Origin: Octopus sinensis
Taxonomy: Eukaryota
Reading direction: 5' to 3'
Length of the DNA: 64,000 bases
Assembly (NCBI RefSeq): GCF_006345805.1
Contig: NC_042997.1
Coordinates: forward strand, 144,646,001 to 144,710,000
The notes under the pieces are model-generated. The model was not told where the DNA came from. It saw nothing but the letters and a program-made list of their open reading frames with translations, and did not search any database. Position 1 is the stretch's first letter, and each line of letters opens with the position of its first letter. Shown here piece by piece: positions 51,595 to 64,000 of this stretch. The translations under genes were made by a program, and so were the position numbers.

Positions 51595-52255
51595 CAAAGT
51601 GTGCTAGATTTGTCAGACATACTTGAGAAGTTTAATGAACTTAATAGATCTCTGCAAGGGTAAGACATACATTTTTTGATTTGACATAAAATTGAAGCAT
51701 CCATAAAAAAACACACACACACACCAAAAAACAAAAACAAATAAACTCATGGAACCATGAAAATACAGGACAATAAATTTGAAACATTTTCATGAACTGA
51801 TGATTTTGTCTGTGAGGATAATCTCACATTTAATTCAATTAAGCAGATCACAAGTGAGTATTTACTATGAATAGAAAAATAGTTCTACAAATATTTTCTA
51901 TTTGACATAAACAATTGTAATTCTCTAATGAGAAGACCCAAATCTTTTCCATTGTAGCAATGAAAGAAATATAATAACAGTTCTCTTTGAAGAAATGTAA
52001 AGAATTTACAGAGCTGTCATGTATTTTATGTGCATAAACCTCAAGTTTTCAAAACAAACTAAATGCTTTAATGGTTAAGCATGAAATCAGAATCTCAAAT
52101 GTTCTTTACAGAATTAGCAATGACAGCTCTGTTACCATTTCATTCCTCAGATTTCTGTAAACCTACATTTTCAGTTTCTCTTAAATTCCCTTAAGAATAT
52201 CACTGACAAATATCACGTCACAGTTTGAGGTGCTGAAAGAAAACGAGCACCTATT
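51595..52255 (+). pseudogene. hAT (Charlie/Buster-like) transposase C-terminal relic
   Basis: VLDLSDILEKFNELNRSLQG ... ELAMTALLPFHSSDFCKPTFS (dimerisation-domain motif LLPF.S.Y.CE..FS); heavily disrupted. Confidence 0.8.
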
Positions 52256-52338
52256 CTGTATTCTTTTTTGTTTGTTTTTTTTTTCTACATTGTTTTAATT
52301 TTCTGAACTTCAGTTTGTTGTTATCATATTTTACTTAA

Positions 52339-52729
52339 TCTCTCTATATATAAAGTTGAAGTTGTCTGTGTATGACAGGTTTGGTAGCCTTCAACTAACA
52401 CTATCTCCTCTGAGACCCTGCGACGCAAGTTGACCAAAATTGAGAGTATGATAGAAGAAGGCTTGCTCTTCCTTTCGTAGAAGAAAGAATTCAAATCGGA
52501 CCATGTTAACACCAAAAATTATTTACATTAAAAAGGTGCTTCTTTTCTATGAAAATCCCTATTTTTTACAATTTTTTTACTGCTGTGTCGCCATTTTCCG
52601 GTGTATTTCAACCAGAAAAATGTTCACTTAAAGAGAATAACAAGCTACAAAATGCAAAATTTTTACTTTCAAAAATTCCAATTCTAAAGGGTCAAAACAA
52701 ACCCGAACAACGCCGGGCGATACTGCTAG
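52339..52729 (+). mobile_element. Complete non-autonomous Helitron
   Basis: A|TCtctctatatataaag 5' end, cccg-aacaacgc-cggg subterminal hairpin, CTAG|T 3' end; no TSD. Confidence 0.85.
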
Positions 52730-54220
52730 TATAATCATAAACAGGTTATATTGTTTCATTATCTATCAAATCACATGACCCTGAAAGGGATCTGTGAATG
52801 CATTTGGTAAAAAAAAAGGTGGAGTTGCAAAGAAAGGAAGCTTAAGAAAGTATATACTAAGACAATGAAAAATTTTGATTTCTTAAACAAGCATAAGATC
52901 TTTAGCTTGGTGGGGAATGGTAGATTTGAGTTTTTTTAACCCTGTTACATGAGTAGTAGGCTGGTGAATTAGCACCGTGTTAGATAGGCTGCTTGAAGTA
53001 TTTGCTCTAAATCACTATCCTCGTCATCATCTGAGCACTCTGAGTTCAAATTCTACTGTGGCCACTTAGCCTTTCATTTTTAGTAGGGTTAATAAAAAAA
53101 ATAGTACTAAAACATCAATCTGAAGTAGAGAATTAGTAGAACTGCTAAAGCATCAGATAGAATGCCTTGTGGTATCTATTCCAGTTCTGTGCATTCTGAG
53201 TTCAAATCCTACCCTATTACCAAAAACCAGAGACATTTTTGTCAGGACTTGTAATCAACAGTCAAAATCAACTGTTTAGAAAGAACCAATGGAAACAAGT
53301 TTTCTTAGTTGATTGATCATTGTCATCTTGGAAACTGAAGAAGAATTTGAGGATAAGCCTTACAAAGCTAGATCTTAATCTGGGGGAGGGTGCAATGCAG
53401 AAAACCTGTTGTCTGGGTTTATCAAGATTTGGCAAGAAAATCTTAAATGTAACGTAAAGACATATGTGAGCAGTATAAAAGGACTTTTGCTGGAGAAAGG
53501 TGAAAATTGCTTCATTGTAGACCATGGATTGGGATTAATTAAGAAACAAAATTAAATGAATTACTACATCAATACTATGTAAGAGCAAAATAACAACAAC
53601 AATTATTATCATCATTATTGAGGCAGCAAGCTGGCAGATTCGTTGGCATGCTGAGTGAAATGCTTAGCAGTATTTCATCTGCTGCTATATTCTGAGTTCA
53701 AATTCTGCTGAAGTTGACTTTGCCTTTCATCCTTACAGGGTCGATAAACTAAGTACCAATGAAACACCAGTGAAACTACTCCCTTCTCTCCAAATTTCAG
53801 GCCTTGTGCCTTTAGCAAAAAGGATTATTATTATCATGATTATCAATTTGTGTTGCAAGATTCCTGATGTGAAATCGTGTGTCGAAACCGAGATTGTTGC
53901 ATTTCGGTCATTTTTATTTTTGGTGGGGGCTAAATAATAATGCATGTGTATTTTTGACAAAAAAAAGTAAAAAAAGAAAACATTACCATCCCAAAATATA
54001 ATATCATTATTATTATTATTATTATATTATTATTAAGGAGCTGGCAGAAATATAAGCATGCCGAGGTCGACTTTGCCTTTCATCCTTTTGGAGTCGATAA
54101 ATAAAGTACCAGTTGCATACTGGGGTCGATCTAATTGGCTGGTCCCCTCCCCAAAAATTTCAGGCCTTGTGCCTAGAATAGAAAAGATTAATATTATTAT
54201 TATCATTATTATTATTATTA

Positions 54221-54252
<32 letters not shown>

Positions 54253-57200
54253 GAGTGAGAGAGCAGCACATGCCTATTATCATTATCCTCATCATTATGA
54301 AAACGGCAAGCTGGCTGAATTGTTAACTTGCTGGGCAAAATATTTAGCTGCGTTTTGTCCATCTTTAGGTTCTCAGTTCAAATTGTGCAGAGGTTGATTT
54401 TGCCTTTCATCGTTTCAGGGTGAAATGAAAGAAGTACCAGTTGTGCACTGGAGGTTTGATGCAATCAACTTACACCATTCCTTGAAATTGCTGCCCTTGT
54501 GCCAAAATTTGAAACTAACATTATTATTATTATTATCATTATTAAAAGAATTAAATATTTTAGAAAATATTTAAGAGAAATATTTGAAAACAACTGGATG
54601 GAACCAATAAAAGAATAAACATGAGGTGTGTGCATGTGGGGGGTGTATTAGCATGCTTCCCCGAAGCATCATGGGAGTAATCTATTAGCAAAATAATGAG
54701 CTGTACTAACAATGACATCCACAACACAACTCCTAATTGAAACATTGATTAAGTTGGATAATAAAAGAAAGAAAAACAAAAATTTGCAATTAATTTTAAT
54801 CAATAAAAGTTATCTGCAACAGTCTATTGTTCATGGAATAAAAAGATTAACAACAAACTGCTCAGATTATCTCAAAATATTAACTAATTCTAATTAGTTA
54901 TATAGTCAAACGAGCTGTTAAGAAATCTGTTAAGGTGTTTGTTATTGAATGTTGTTGTTGTTGTTTCCTTTGTTCACTTACAATAACTCAGACAATTGCT
55001 TTTGGGAAGAGTGGAGTTGATGGTAGATTAGGAGAAAACAAGGGAAGACTCGGGATGAAATGGTTAGTTATATTAGACCTAGTTGTAACAATGTATTATT
55101 ATTATAGCTTTGCAAAAGAGATGATAATGCTTGTTGATAATAATGATGACGATGATGATGGTGATGAGGAAGCTGAGTCAAACACATGTGAAAATACAGT
55201 GATGATTACCTATCCTACCCTTACAATCATGAGGAAAAGGCATATCAGAAAGAATACCAGTAATAATAATGGCAATGATGTGAAGGATCACAATGAGCAA
55301 GAATGCTGACAAAAGCTATGACGACGATGATAAAGACAATGTAAATGACATTGATGAGGATGGTATGATGATAATGATGATGATGTCGACTTTGATGACG
55401 ATGATGATGATGCTGTTAGTAGTGGCAATGACAATCTTTAAGTTTTGTCTACCAGAGCAACTATCAATTTGACAGTGTTTTGTCACAATGTGGCATCCCT
55501 GTATGGCTTAATAAACTGGAGCACTTTGATCAAAGACAACAATAATGCAGCTCCAGTGGGGGAACAGATCCTCTATGTAGTTACTTGAACTGCAAGAGGT
55601 CACTCCTTAATCTTCTAATCACAGCTTTCTATCTAAAATAATGAAGGACATAACAAAAGACAGAGTGGTCCCAACTGAAATGCCTTTGATCATAGCTTTG
55701 ATTAATTAGAGCTGTTCTACGGTTAAACAATGCCCATGAAGAGCAGTGATGCTAGTGTCATGTAAAAAGCACCCAATACATTCTGTAAAGTGGTTGGCAT
55801 TAGGAAGGGCATCCAGCTGTAGAAACCAAGCCAAAACAGATTATGAAATGTGGTGAAGCCTCCAAGCCTTGCCAGCTCCTGTCAAATTGTCCAACCCATG
55901 CCAGCATGAAAAACAGACATTAAATGATGACGGTGTCAATGATTGTTTTATACATGGGTACATCATTGGGAAGGGTGCAGGTGATGGTTGAATTATTGGT
56001 AATGAGCATACTGAATTCTTCAAAAGAATCAAAGACAATATTGATGTTTGTCAACATTGGTTGACCTAGGGCTGTATTAGAAGACACTTGTCCAAGGTGC
56101 CATGCAATGGGACTGAACCTAAAACCATATGATTACAAAGCGAGCTTCTTAACGACACAGTTATACCTGCTTAGATATCTGGTGTGAAATTTGAAGGCTG
56201 AAGAGTAGGTGCCATCATCATCATCATCATTTAACATCTATTTTCCATGTTGGCATGGGTTGATAGCTTGACAGGAGCGGCCATGAAGCCATTTGACTGT
56301 GGCCATGCTGGAGCACCACTCCCAGTCAAACAAATCGACCCTGGACTTATTCTTTGTAAGCCTGGTACTTATTCTATCGGATGTCTTTTGCCAAACTGCT
56401 AAGTTACGAGTACGTAAACTCACCAACATCAGTTGTCAAGTGATGGTGGAGGGGCAAACACACAAATACATACACACACATACATACATATATATGATGG
56501 GCTTCTTTCAGTTTCCGTCTACCAAATCCACTCACAAGGCTTTGGTCAACCTGCGGCTACAGTAGAAGACACTTGCTTAAGTTGCTATGCAGTGGGACTG
56601 AACCTGGAACCATGTGGTTGGGAAGCAAGCCTCTTACCACACAGCCACGCCAGCACATATTTAAAAAAAATTTTTTCTTGAGCTCTACAGTTCATAATGT
56701 TGGGTATTCAGTTTCCATGGCATGTAAAGCATTTAGGTGACCAAGATCACAATATTCCTCTGAAGAGGCTGCCAACCCATTGCATGGTTCAAGTACAGTA
56801 AAGCTGAGAGGAGAGGACAAGTCAATTATACCAATCCCCAGTACTTGACAGCTATCTTATATTATCAACTCACAAAGGGATGACTGGCAAATTTGACCAT
56901 GGAGGGATTTGAACTCAGAATGTAACAAACCAGAAGAAATGCTGCTAAGTATTTTGTTTGACATGCCAGCTTACTACTGCCTTTATTCACTGCTGCTGGG
57001 AGATGATGATATATTAAAGTGTTAAAAAAACAAAACATCATCAGGTGCAAAACTACCAATAACCATAAATTTTCTGACAAAAGAAATGTAAAGCTTAAAG
57101 AAATTTTAGTTAATACTCATTAACTAACTAACAGCAGATTAAAATTACACTGGAGGATTTAATACCTTTAAAATTTCTCTTATCTTTTCACTAACTATTT

Positions 57201-57362
57201 TCAATGTTATGAACAGTCATGAATCTGAAAATAAAGATTTTGTTGTGGTAGCTATTTATACAACAAGACAGGAGTGTGTGCATATCATCATCGTCATCAT
57301 CGTCGTTTAACGTCCGCTTTCCATGCTGGCATGGATATGCTTGTGTCATATGTGGTATATGT

Positions 57363-57567
57363 ATACTCTTTTACTCGTTTCAGTCATTTGACTGTGGCCA
57401 TGCTGGAGCACTGCCTTTAGTCGAGCAAATCAACCCCAGGACTTATTCTTTGTAAGCCTAGTACTTATTCTATTGGACTCTTTTGCCGAACCGGTAAGTT
57501 ACGGGGACGTAAACACACCAGCATCGGTTGTCAAGCGATGTTGGAGGGGACAAACACAGACACACAA

Positions 57568-57598
<31 letters not shown>

Positions 57599-57759
57599 CG
57601 ATGGGCTTCTTTCAGTCCGTCTACCAAATCCACTCACAAGGCTTTGGTCAGCCCAAGGCCATAGTAGAAGACACTTGCCCAAGGTGCCACGCAGTGACAC
57701 TGAACCCGGAACCATGTGGTTCGTAAGCAACCTACTTACCACACAGCCACTCCTATGCC
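57363..57759 (-). mobile_element. SINE family A, well-preserved full-length copy
   Basis: Reverse complement colinear with 33661-34023; CpGs largely retained. Confidence 0.88.
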
Positions 57760-59038
57760 TGTATATTTATTATTGCTTAGCTCCCAGGTCAGCCCTGATG
57801 AAGCAAACTTATGATCAAAGATTTTCCAGTCATGACTATCATATCGTTGATTCAGACAAAGCAAGTTCAATACTATATTATCTAGTATGCTCTGACTTTA
57901 ATAGAGTATGAATTGAGGGTCATTTGGCTGATATTTCTTACAGGCCAAGAGACTACAGATTTGCATGTGTAAATATAAAAGCTAAAATTGACTGAGTTAA
58001 CAGAATGTCAAATTGTTTATCCATGGTTTTTAATCTTGACGCCAGCATTATGTCATCATCCATAGCAAAGACTGGGCCATTCTGCCTTGCTTTGAGTTCA
58101 AATCCTAGTGAAGGCACATTTTCCTTTCATCCTTTCAGAGTCAATTCTGTCTATTCCTAAGTAGTGAACAGACAGAATTTGTTGAGCATCAAATGAGATG
58201 TCTTTCAGTATTTGTTCTGGTTATTGGCATCTTGATTTCCTGGTTGGTACATTTCATCCATTGCTTGGTTTAATATCACCAAATGAACCTTAGATGAGTG
58301 GGGTGGTGCAGCATAAAATTATGTTTTTCATCCTAGAATAAACACATCACCCAGTCTGAGAACCAAAATCAGGATCTTATTATCATGACTGCAACAACCT
58401 AGTCACTAAGCCACTCATATTCACATTTGATCTAGTACTAAGGACTTTATTTATTGACTGTAGTCCAAGGCACTGGTTTGAAAATAACTGCATTCCTTTC
58501 TCCTATCAGTCTCAGAGACCTTTTGCAAAAGAATAATTTATAGGAACTGAAGGTAATATTTCTTGACTTTGCATTTCATCTTTTGGGGTTGATAAATTAA
58601 GTACCAGTTGCATATTGGAGTCGATCTAATCGACTGGCCCCCTCCCCAAAAATTTTGGGCGTAGAGTAGAAAAGAATATTTCTCAATAGCTAGACATGTT
58701 TTCTCTGAAGATTGGAGACGAAGAACAATACTTATATGATGGTGACACTTCTTTACAACTACTACACAATTTTACAACAGACACCAACTCATATGTACAC
58801 ACACACACACACACATACACACACACACACATACACACACACACACACACATACACACACACAACTGGTTTCTTTCAGCTCCTATCTATCAAATTCTGTC
58901 ACAAGGCTTTGGTTGGCCTAGGGAAGACTTTTGCCCAAGGTTTCATGTAGTGGGACTGCACCCAGAACCATATGGTTGGAAAACAAGCCTCTTAACCAAA
59001 TAAGCAGCCATATTTCTTTGTCTTGTTATTTGTATTAG

Positions 59039-59069
<31 letters not shown>

Positions 59070-59289
59070 CACACACATAGCAGCTAAAACACAGCTTCTG
59101 TCTACCAAATTCACTCACAAGATATTGATCAACCTAGGCTATTGTAGAAGACACTTACCATGGTGCCTTGTGCTATAGAACCAGGCTCAATACCATCATC
59201 ATCATCATCATCATCATCATCCATAAATCAAATTTCTTAACTTCATAGCCATACCATCTTGCAATTGGCCAGTTATTATTTAATTTAAT

Positions 59290-59480
59290 TTTTTCCAGTA
59301 AATAAACTCCAAGTGTAAATCATAAAAGAATGATATCTAGTGTTTATATCTTTTGCTAAAGTTTCTATTATTATCCAGGCCTCAATACTGTACAACAAAA
59401 CTGTTGTTATCAATGCCAGCTTCGTAAAGTAACAGTGACTGTACAATTCCCAATGAAGAAAACTTTGTGTGTTGCTAACC
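59290..59480 (-). mobile_element. Old RTE-type LINE relic
   Basis: TTVLLYSIEAWIIIETLAKDI resembles the RTE motif SVLLYG.ETWTLT..L.K.L. Confidence 0.5.
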
Positions 59481-59796
59481 ATGATAGTAGGTGTCTTTAT
59501 CTAGAAGCTTCTCTGCTATCTGATATGACACATTCAACAAAAACCAGTGACAAAAGTTAGTTGAATTCCTGATAAAGCATATATAATCCTGAAGTTTATG
59601 TCACCTTTGCTCAGTTTGGCTACATCTTAATTAATATATTCACTCACTCACGTGCAAATACAACAAAAAAAACTGGAAAGAGAGAAAACCTAGTTGTACA
59701 TTATTGAATATGATAGTTAACCCACTTGATAGCAAATTATCTGCGGCTACTCTAGTTCTGTGATAGAAAATTGGGCATTTTGTAGAGGTTTTTATT

Positions 59797-60025
59797 TAAC
59801 CCTTTGGTTATCATATTTCTTTTGAAACTTATTCTCTTTGTTTTGGTTAATTTTGAAAATAATGAAGAATTTAGTAAAATTACTTTGCCATTATTAAGTT
59901 GGTGTTTATAATATAAATTAACATGTAATGTTGATGTAAAGTTTTAGTTTAAGGTCACTTTAAAATGAAAAGTTTGTATCATAGGACTAGGTGCAGTCAC
60001 AGACATGTTGGTATCAAAAAGAGTC
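59797..60025. mobile_element. Second TTAA-CCCTTT MITE family (partial copy also at 48638-48800)
   Basis: Shared ttaacccttt...gaaaataatgaagaatttagtaaaat. Confidence 0.6.
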
Positions 60026-63000
60026 AGGTTTTAAACCTTCTGTCATAATTTATGATAGAACTTTATGATAGAAATTTATGATTAAACTATGCCTCAGATA
60101 CAAGCTTAATTGTAGAATGGTTAACTATTTCGCTAATTTCTTTCATGGACACATTTTCTACAATGATGTTCTGAAATCCGTCGTGGATTTGGAACTTTAT
60201 CATAAACATGGTTACAAAAGTGTTCAAGACACTTGATTTCTTAAAATGTCAAACTTTGATCTTTTTTTTCCTTACCTGGCCTAAATAAAATCAGAGAAAG
60301 AATTTTGAAGAGTAATTAACAGGCATTACTGTCAATTCTAGGGTGCAAAAGAACCTAGAGACCCCCACTTTCATAGATAGATATAATTACTGTAAACTTA
60401 CACCTGGTTCTGCGAGCAAGTTTTTAGTCGAGGCAATATTTAAAAGATAATTTGTTTTAGGTTAATGATAGTGTTTAACAGCACTAAGGGAGACAACAAC
60501 AACAACATTGACTCCCTGTGTGATCTTGTTGATGAAACAAGTTTGAGCCTGATGTTAAGCTGACAGATATACAGATATTAAAAATATAACAAAGAAAACA
60601 AAACAAAACAAAAAAAAAATTAACAGGGTAAGCTGTGGTTAAAGAGTTTACTTTGCAGCCTTGTGATTGCAGGTTTGATTTCACTGCACTGCATCATGTC
60701 TTCTACGGAAGCCTTGGGTTGAGTTGACACTAATATCTGATGATGGAAATCAGGAAATAGAAACTATGCAGAAGCCCATGAAGAGTATGTGTGTGTGTTT
60801 TTGTCATAACATCATACATACACTAATTTAAAACCAGAAAACATGTCTGGCCATTGTGCTTTTCATCTTCAAAGGATGAGGGGAAAAATATTGCCTTGTT
60901 TGGATACAGGTGAGACTTGGCAAGAGAGAAGCATCCAGCTGTAGAAACTACCTCGACAAATTTCGTCTAACCCATGCAAGCATGGTAAAACGAACATTAA
61001 AATACTGCCGCTGCTGGGGGTGGTGATGATGATGATATTTACTGTGATAGACAGTGCAAGTATGGCAAGCAGGTTAAAGAGATTTTGATTTAGACAGATT
61101 CTTGAATTACCTTCTTTACTGACGTGATATGTCTGACACTAAATTAGATGCTTAGAAAAAACGATAAATAATAAATAGAAAGAAAGAAAACTGATATCAA
61201 TGACTTGGCAAAGATCTATTGATCTGGAAAATCAGATCCAATACAATTACATAATAGAGTAGATATGGTAAGAAATGATATTCCAAAAACATATAAACCT
61301 ACATCATACAGGTCACAAAACAAGTCTGTGACAGACCAGATATTAAGAAACGGCTGTATTGATCTGGAATTCTAAGAACATAGACTGTAGAATTCCTCTC
61401 ACAGCCAATAAAATAAACAGCAATGATATGTGCTCAAAACTGGAATAATTCGAAAAGAAAAGAGAAAACAGAAAAAATTCTGGATTTTTTTTTTCTAGGA
61501 ATTATGTTCAGATAAAATACAAAGAATACTAATTTATTTTCACTATGTACATGTAATTTTAGCAAGAGATCAGGATATAGTCCTGTGAATTAACCTCAGT
61601 ATATTACTGGTAAATGGACTTTCTATATGAGCATTCTATCAACTATAAAAAGCAGCCAAATCTCACTGATGTTACATCATACTGTCATAATCCTTTCCAT
61701 AATAATCTGAGACAACTCGTTTTATGATTTATATTTCTATTCAAATCTATAATAAACATACAGTATAATTTACTTACATTTAAAACAGCAGCAGCTCAAT
61801 AATGGAAAGCTAATTATCTTATTGAATCCCTTAAAATTCTTGATTATTTTTCAAAAGTAATTAAAATATTTCATTAGTAATATAATCGCCAAAACATTAA
61901 AAATTAGAACACTTTGAATAATGTAGTTTTAGATACATTATCTGATACAAAAAAAGACAATATGATTCTGGTTGGATTGTTACTGACCAAAGGTCTACAG
62001 GGTCATGGCTGACCTAGACCTAAGCAACAAGTGGTATTGATTATATTAACTTTAGATAGACAAAGGGCAAAACCTACTCTGGAAAGATTTCAACTCAAAA
62101 CAGAGCAGAACAAAAGTACATCTATCCTTGTTTACCATGAGTGTTTAGTTGAAAAAGAAAAAGCAAAATGATAGATGAATAATTCCCATGCACTTTATAA
62201 ATGGAAAGAATAATAGATTCATTGATACCAAATTTGTGACACACAGCAACAAAGCTTCTTCATCTTAACAAACATCATTATCCTTTAATGGCCATTTTCC
62301 ATGCTGGCATGGGTTGGACAGTTTGGCAGAAGCTGGCCAGTTGGAGAGCTGCACCAGGTTCCAACTGTTTGTTTTGGTATAATTTCTATGCCTGGATGCC
62401 CTTCCTAATGCCAACCACTTTACAGCGTGTACTAGGTGCTTTTTATGTGGCACCAGAACAGATGCTTTTCACATGGCACCAGCATAGGTGCATTTCACAT
62501 GGTACCAACACAGATGCATTTCACATGGCACCAGCACAGGTTCTTTTTTATGGAACCGGCATGAGTGCATTTTACTTAGCGGCACCAACACCTTCCACAA
62601 TTACAATTCTCTTGACCAGTTCTATCGTTTCCTTGAGAGAATGTCTGCATCATTTGTTAGGACCAGAAACCTTTGTATTTTTCTGTTCATTGAGCTCCAT
62701 ATTGATGGATACAAGAACATAAATCCATATAAGAATAAAATATGCAACCTCAAAGTATGGTCGTATAAACATACGTGATAATCAATGCATTTTGGATAGC
62801 TGAGCAAAATCTTTAAATGATCGCAGACCTAATTTAGCACAGACCAATCCATGATACTGCGTAAGACATGCTTTACAACTCAACATACTGTGTTATCCTG
62901 AGTCTGTAATGAATTAATTAATGGTGAATGAGGTTACATGTATCATGTTTCCCATGGTTGTGGATGCTATTCCTTCATCAAGGTTGTAGTGTTAACCAGA

Positions 63001-63327
63001 TGACAAATTAAATCTATAGCCCAAGCAGGTCACAGGTGGGATTTGAGCTCACAATGTAAAGAGTTATAACAAATACTGCAAGGCATCACCTCTGATCCTC
63101 TAACATTTCCATTAGTCTGTCATGCCGGCATGGCTGTGTGGTTAAGAAGATTGCTTTGCAACTACAGAGTTTTAGATTCAGTGCCAATGCACAGCAGCTT
63201 GAGCAAGTGTCTTCTGATATAGCCATAGACTGACCAATGCCTTGTGAGTGAATTTGGGAGATAGAAACTGTGTGGAAGCTCACTGCATGTGTGTGTGTGT
63301 GTTTTCTTTTTTACATATATGTATATA

Positions 63328-64000
63328 CTAGCTGGTATACCTGGTAATTCCCAAGAGTAAAGATGTTCTATTGAAATGCCTTATTACTCTGATATAAGAA
63401 AGCAATTTCGTTATAACTTCCACATAAGGTATATTTTCCATCACAAAAAAACTGTGGGCTGGAGGAGGGAGAGATTGTTGAAGGTTGGCAGGAGAGGTTT
63501 TTGGAGTGTTGATGAGAGATTATTCTGCTTAGCAAAGGCATCAGGGAAATGTATAACTGCCGTCATTCACAGAAAAACTATTGTTTTACTGTAAGAAAAA
63601 CGCTTTTGAAGTGTTAAGTGAAATTTGGCAATTGAGGATTGAATCCATGCTATGCCTGCACGAAACAACTACAAATAAGTTGTGGAATAAAAAGTTTATC
63701 TACTGTCATGGAAAAAGTGTAGCTGTAAAAATGTAGAATTATCAAAGAAATGGGCATTCAAAAAAGTATGCATGTATAGAAATGTGTGAATGAAGTTTTT
63801 AATGTTTAAGATTCGAAATTAAAGAAGTACAATAATGTTTAGCAGTGAGTAGTGAAATGCAGAATTAGGTCAGCTGATCATGAGAATCAAATATTTATCA
63901 CTTCGCTAAAATTTGCAGGTAGTTTGAGTTATTTCCCTTGAGTTGTTTAAATAAAATATTAGTAATATGTAGGAGATAGAAGGAGCCATTGGAAGGGCCC
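63328..64000 (-). mobile_element. Probable non-autonomous Helitron (3' end at 63328, runs out of the window)
   Basis: - strand gggaattaccaggtataccagCTAG|T with a degenerate hairpin. Confidence 0.4.

Noticed and set aside
53290-53550. Protein-like reading frame (ETEEEFEDKPYKARS*...) as exon or pseudogene
   Set aside because: Internal stop, no recognisable family, and weak splice sites.
60402-60483. - strand exon with excellent splice signals (ctccccttag ... GGT|gtaagt)
   Set aside because: Stops occur in all three frames, so it is not a coding exon. It could only be a non-coding or poison exon, and nothing here supports that.

Overview
Strongly AT-rich, microsatellite-laden animal genomic DNA. 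The repeat families point to a cephalopod, very probably Octopus (inferred from repeat motifs, not from a database search). The window looks intronic or intergenic, and no host protein-coding gene can be identified with confidence; there are only exon-like candidates on both strands. It is dominated by transposable-element debris: (i) dozens of tRNA-headed SINEs of at least five families; (ii) a mariner and a Tc1 relic with recognisable TIRs and a hAT relic; (iii) RTE and CR1/L2-type LINE fragments; (iv) non-autonomous Helitrons and TTAA-flanked MITEs; (v) several Penelope-like (PLE) fragments carrying minimal type I hammerhead ribozyme (HHR) motifs. The most striking structure is a ~2.4-kb fold-back palindrome (6781-9208) of a PLE-like element with an apparently intact HHR core in each arm. 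Also notable are a 171-bp tandem array fusing an RTE 3' end to an antisense mariner fragment, an indel-free 128-bp-arm hairpin at 50477-50755, a 1225-bp tandem duplication, and several nested insertions with readable target-site duplications. Most ORFs in the supplied track are microsatellite or repeat artefacts.
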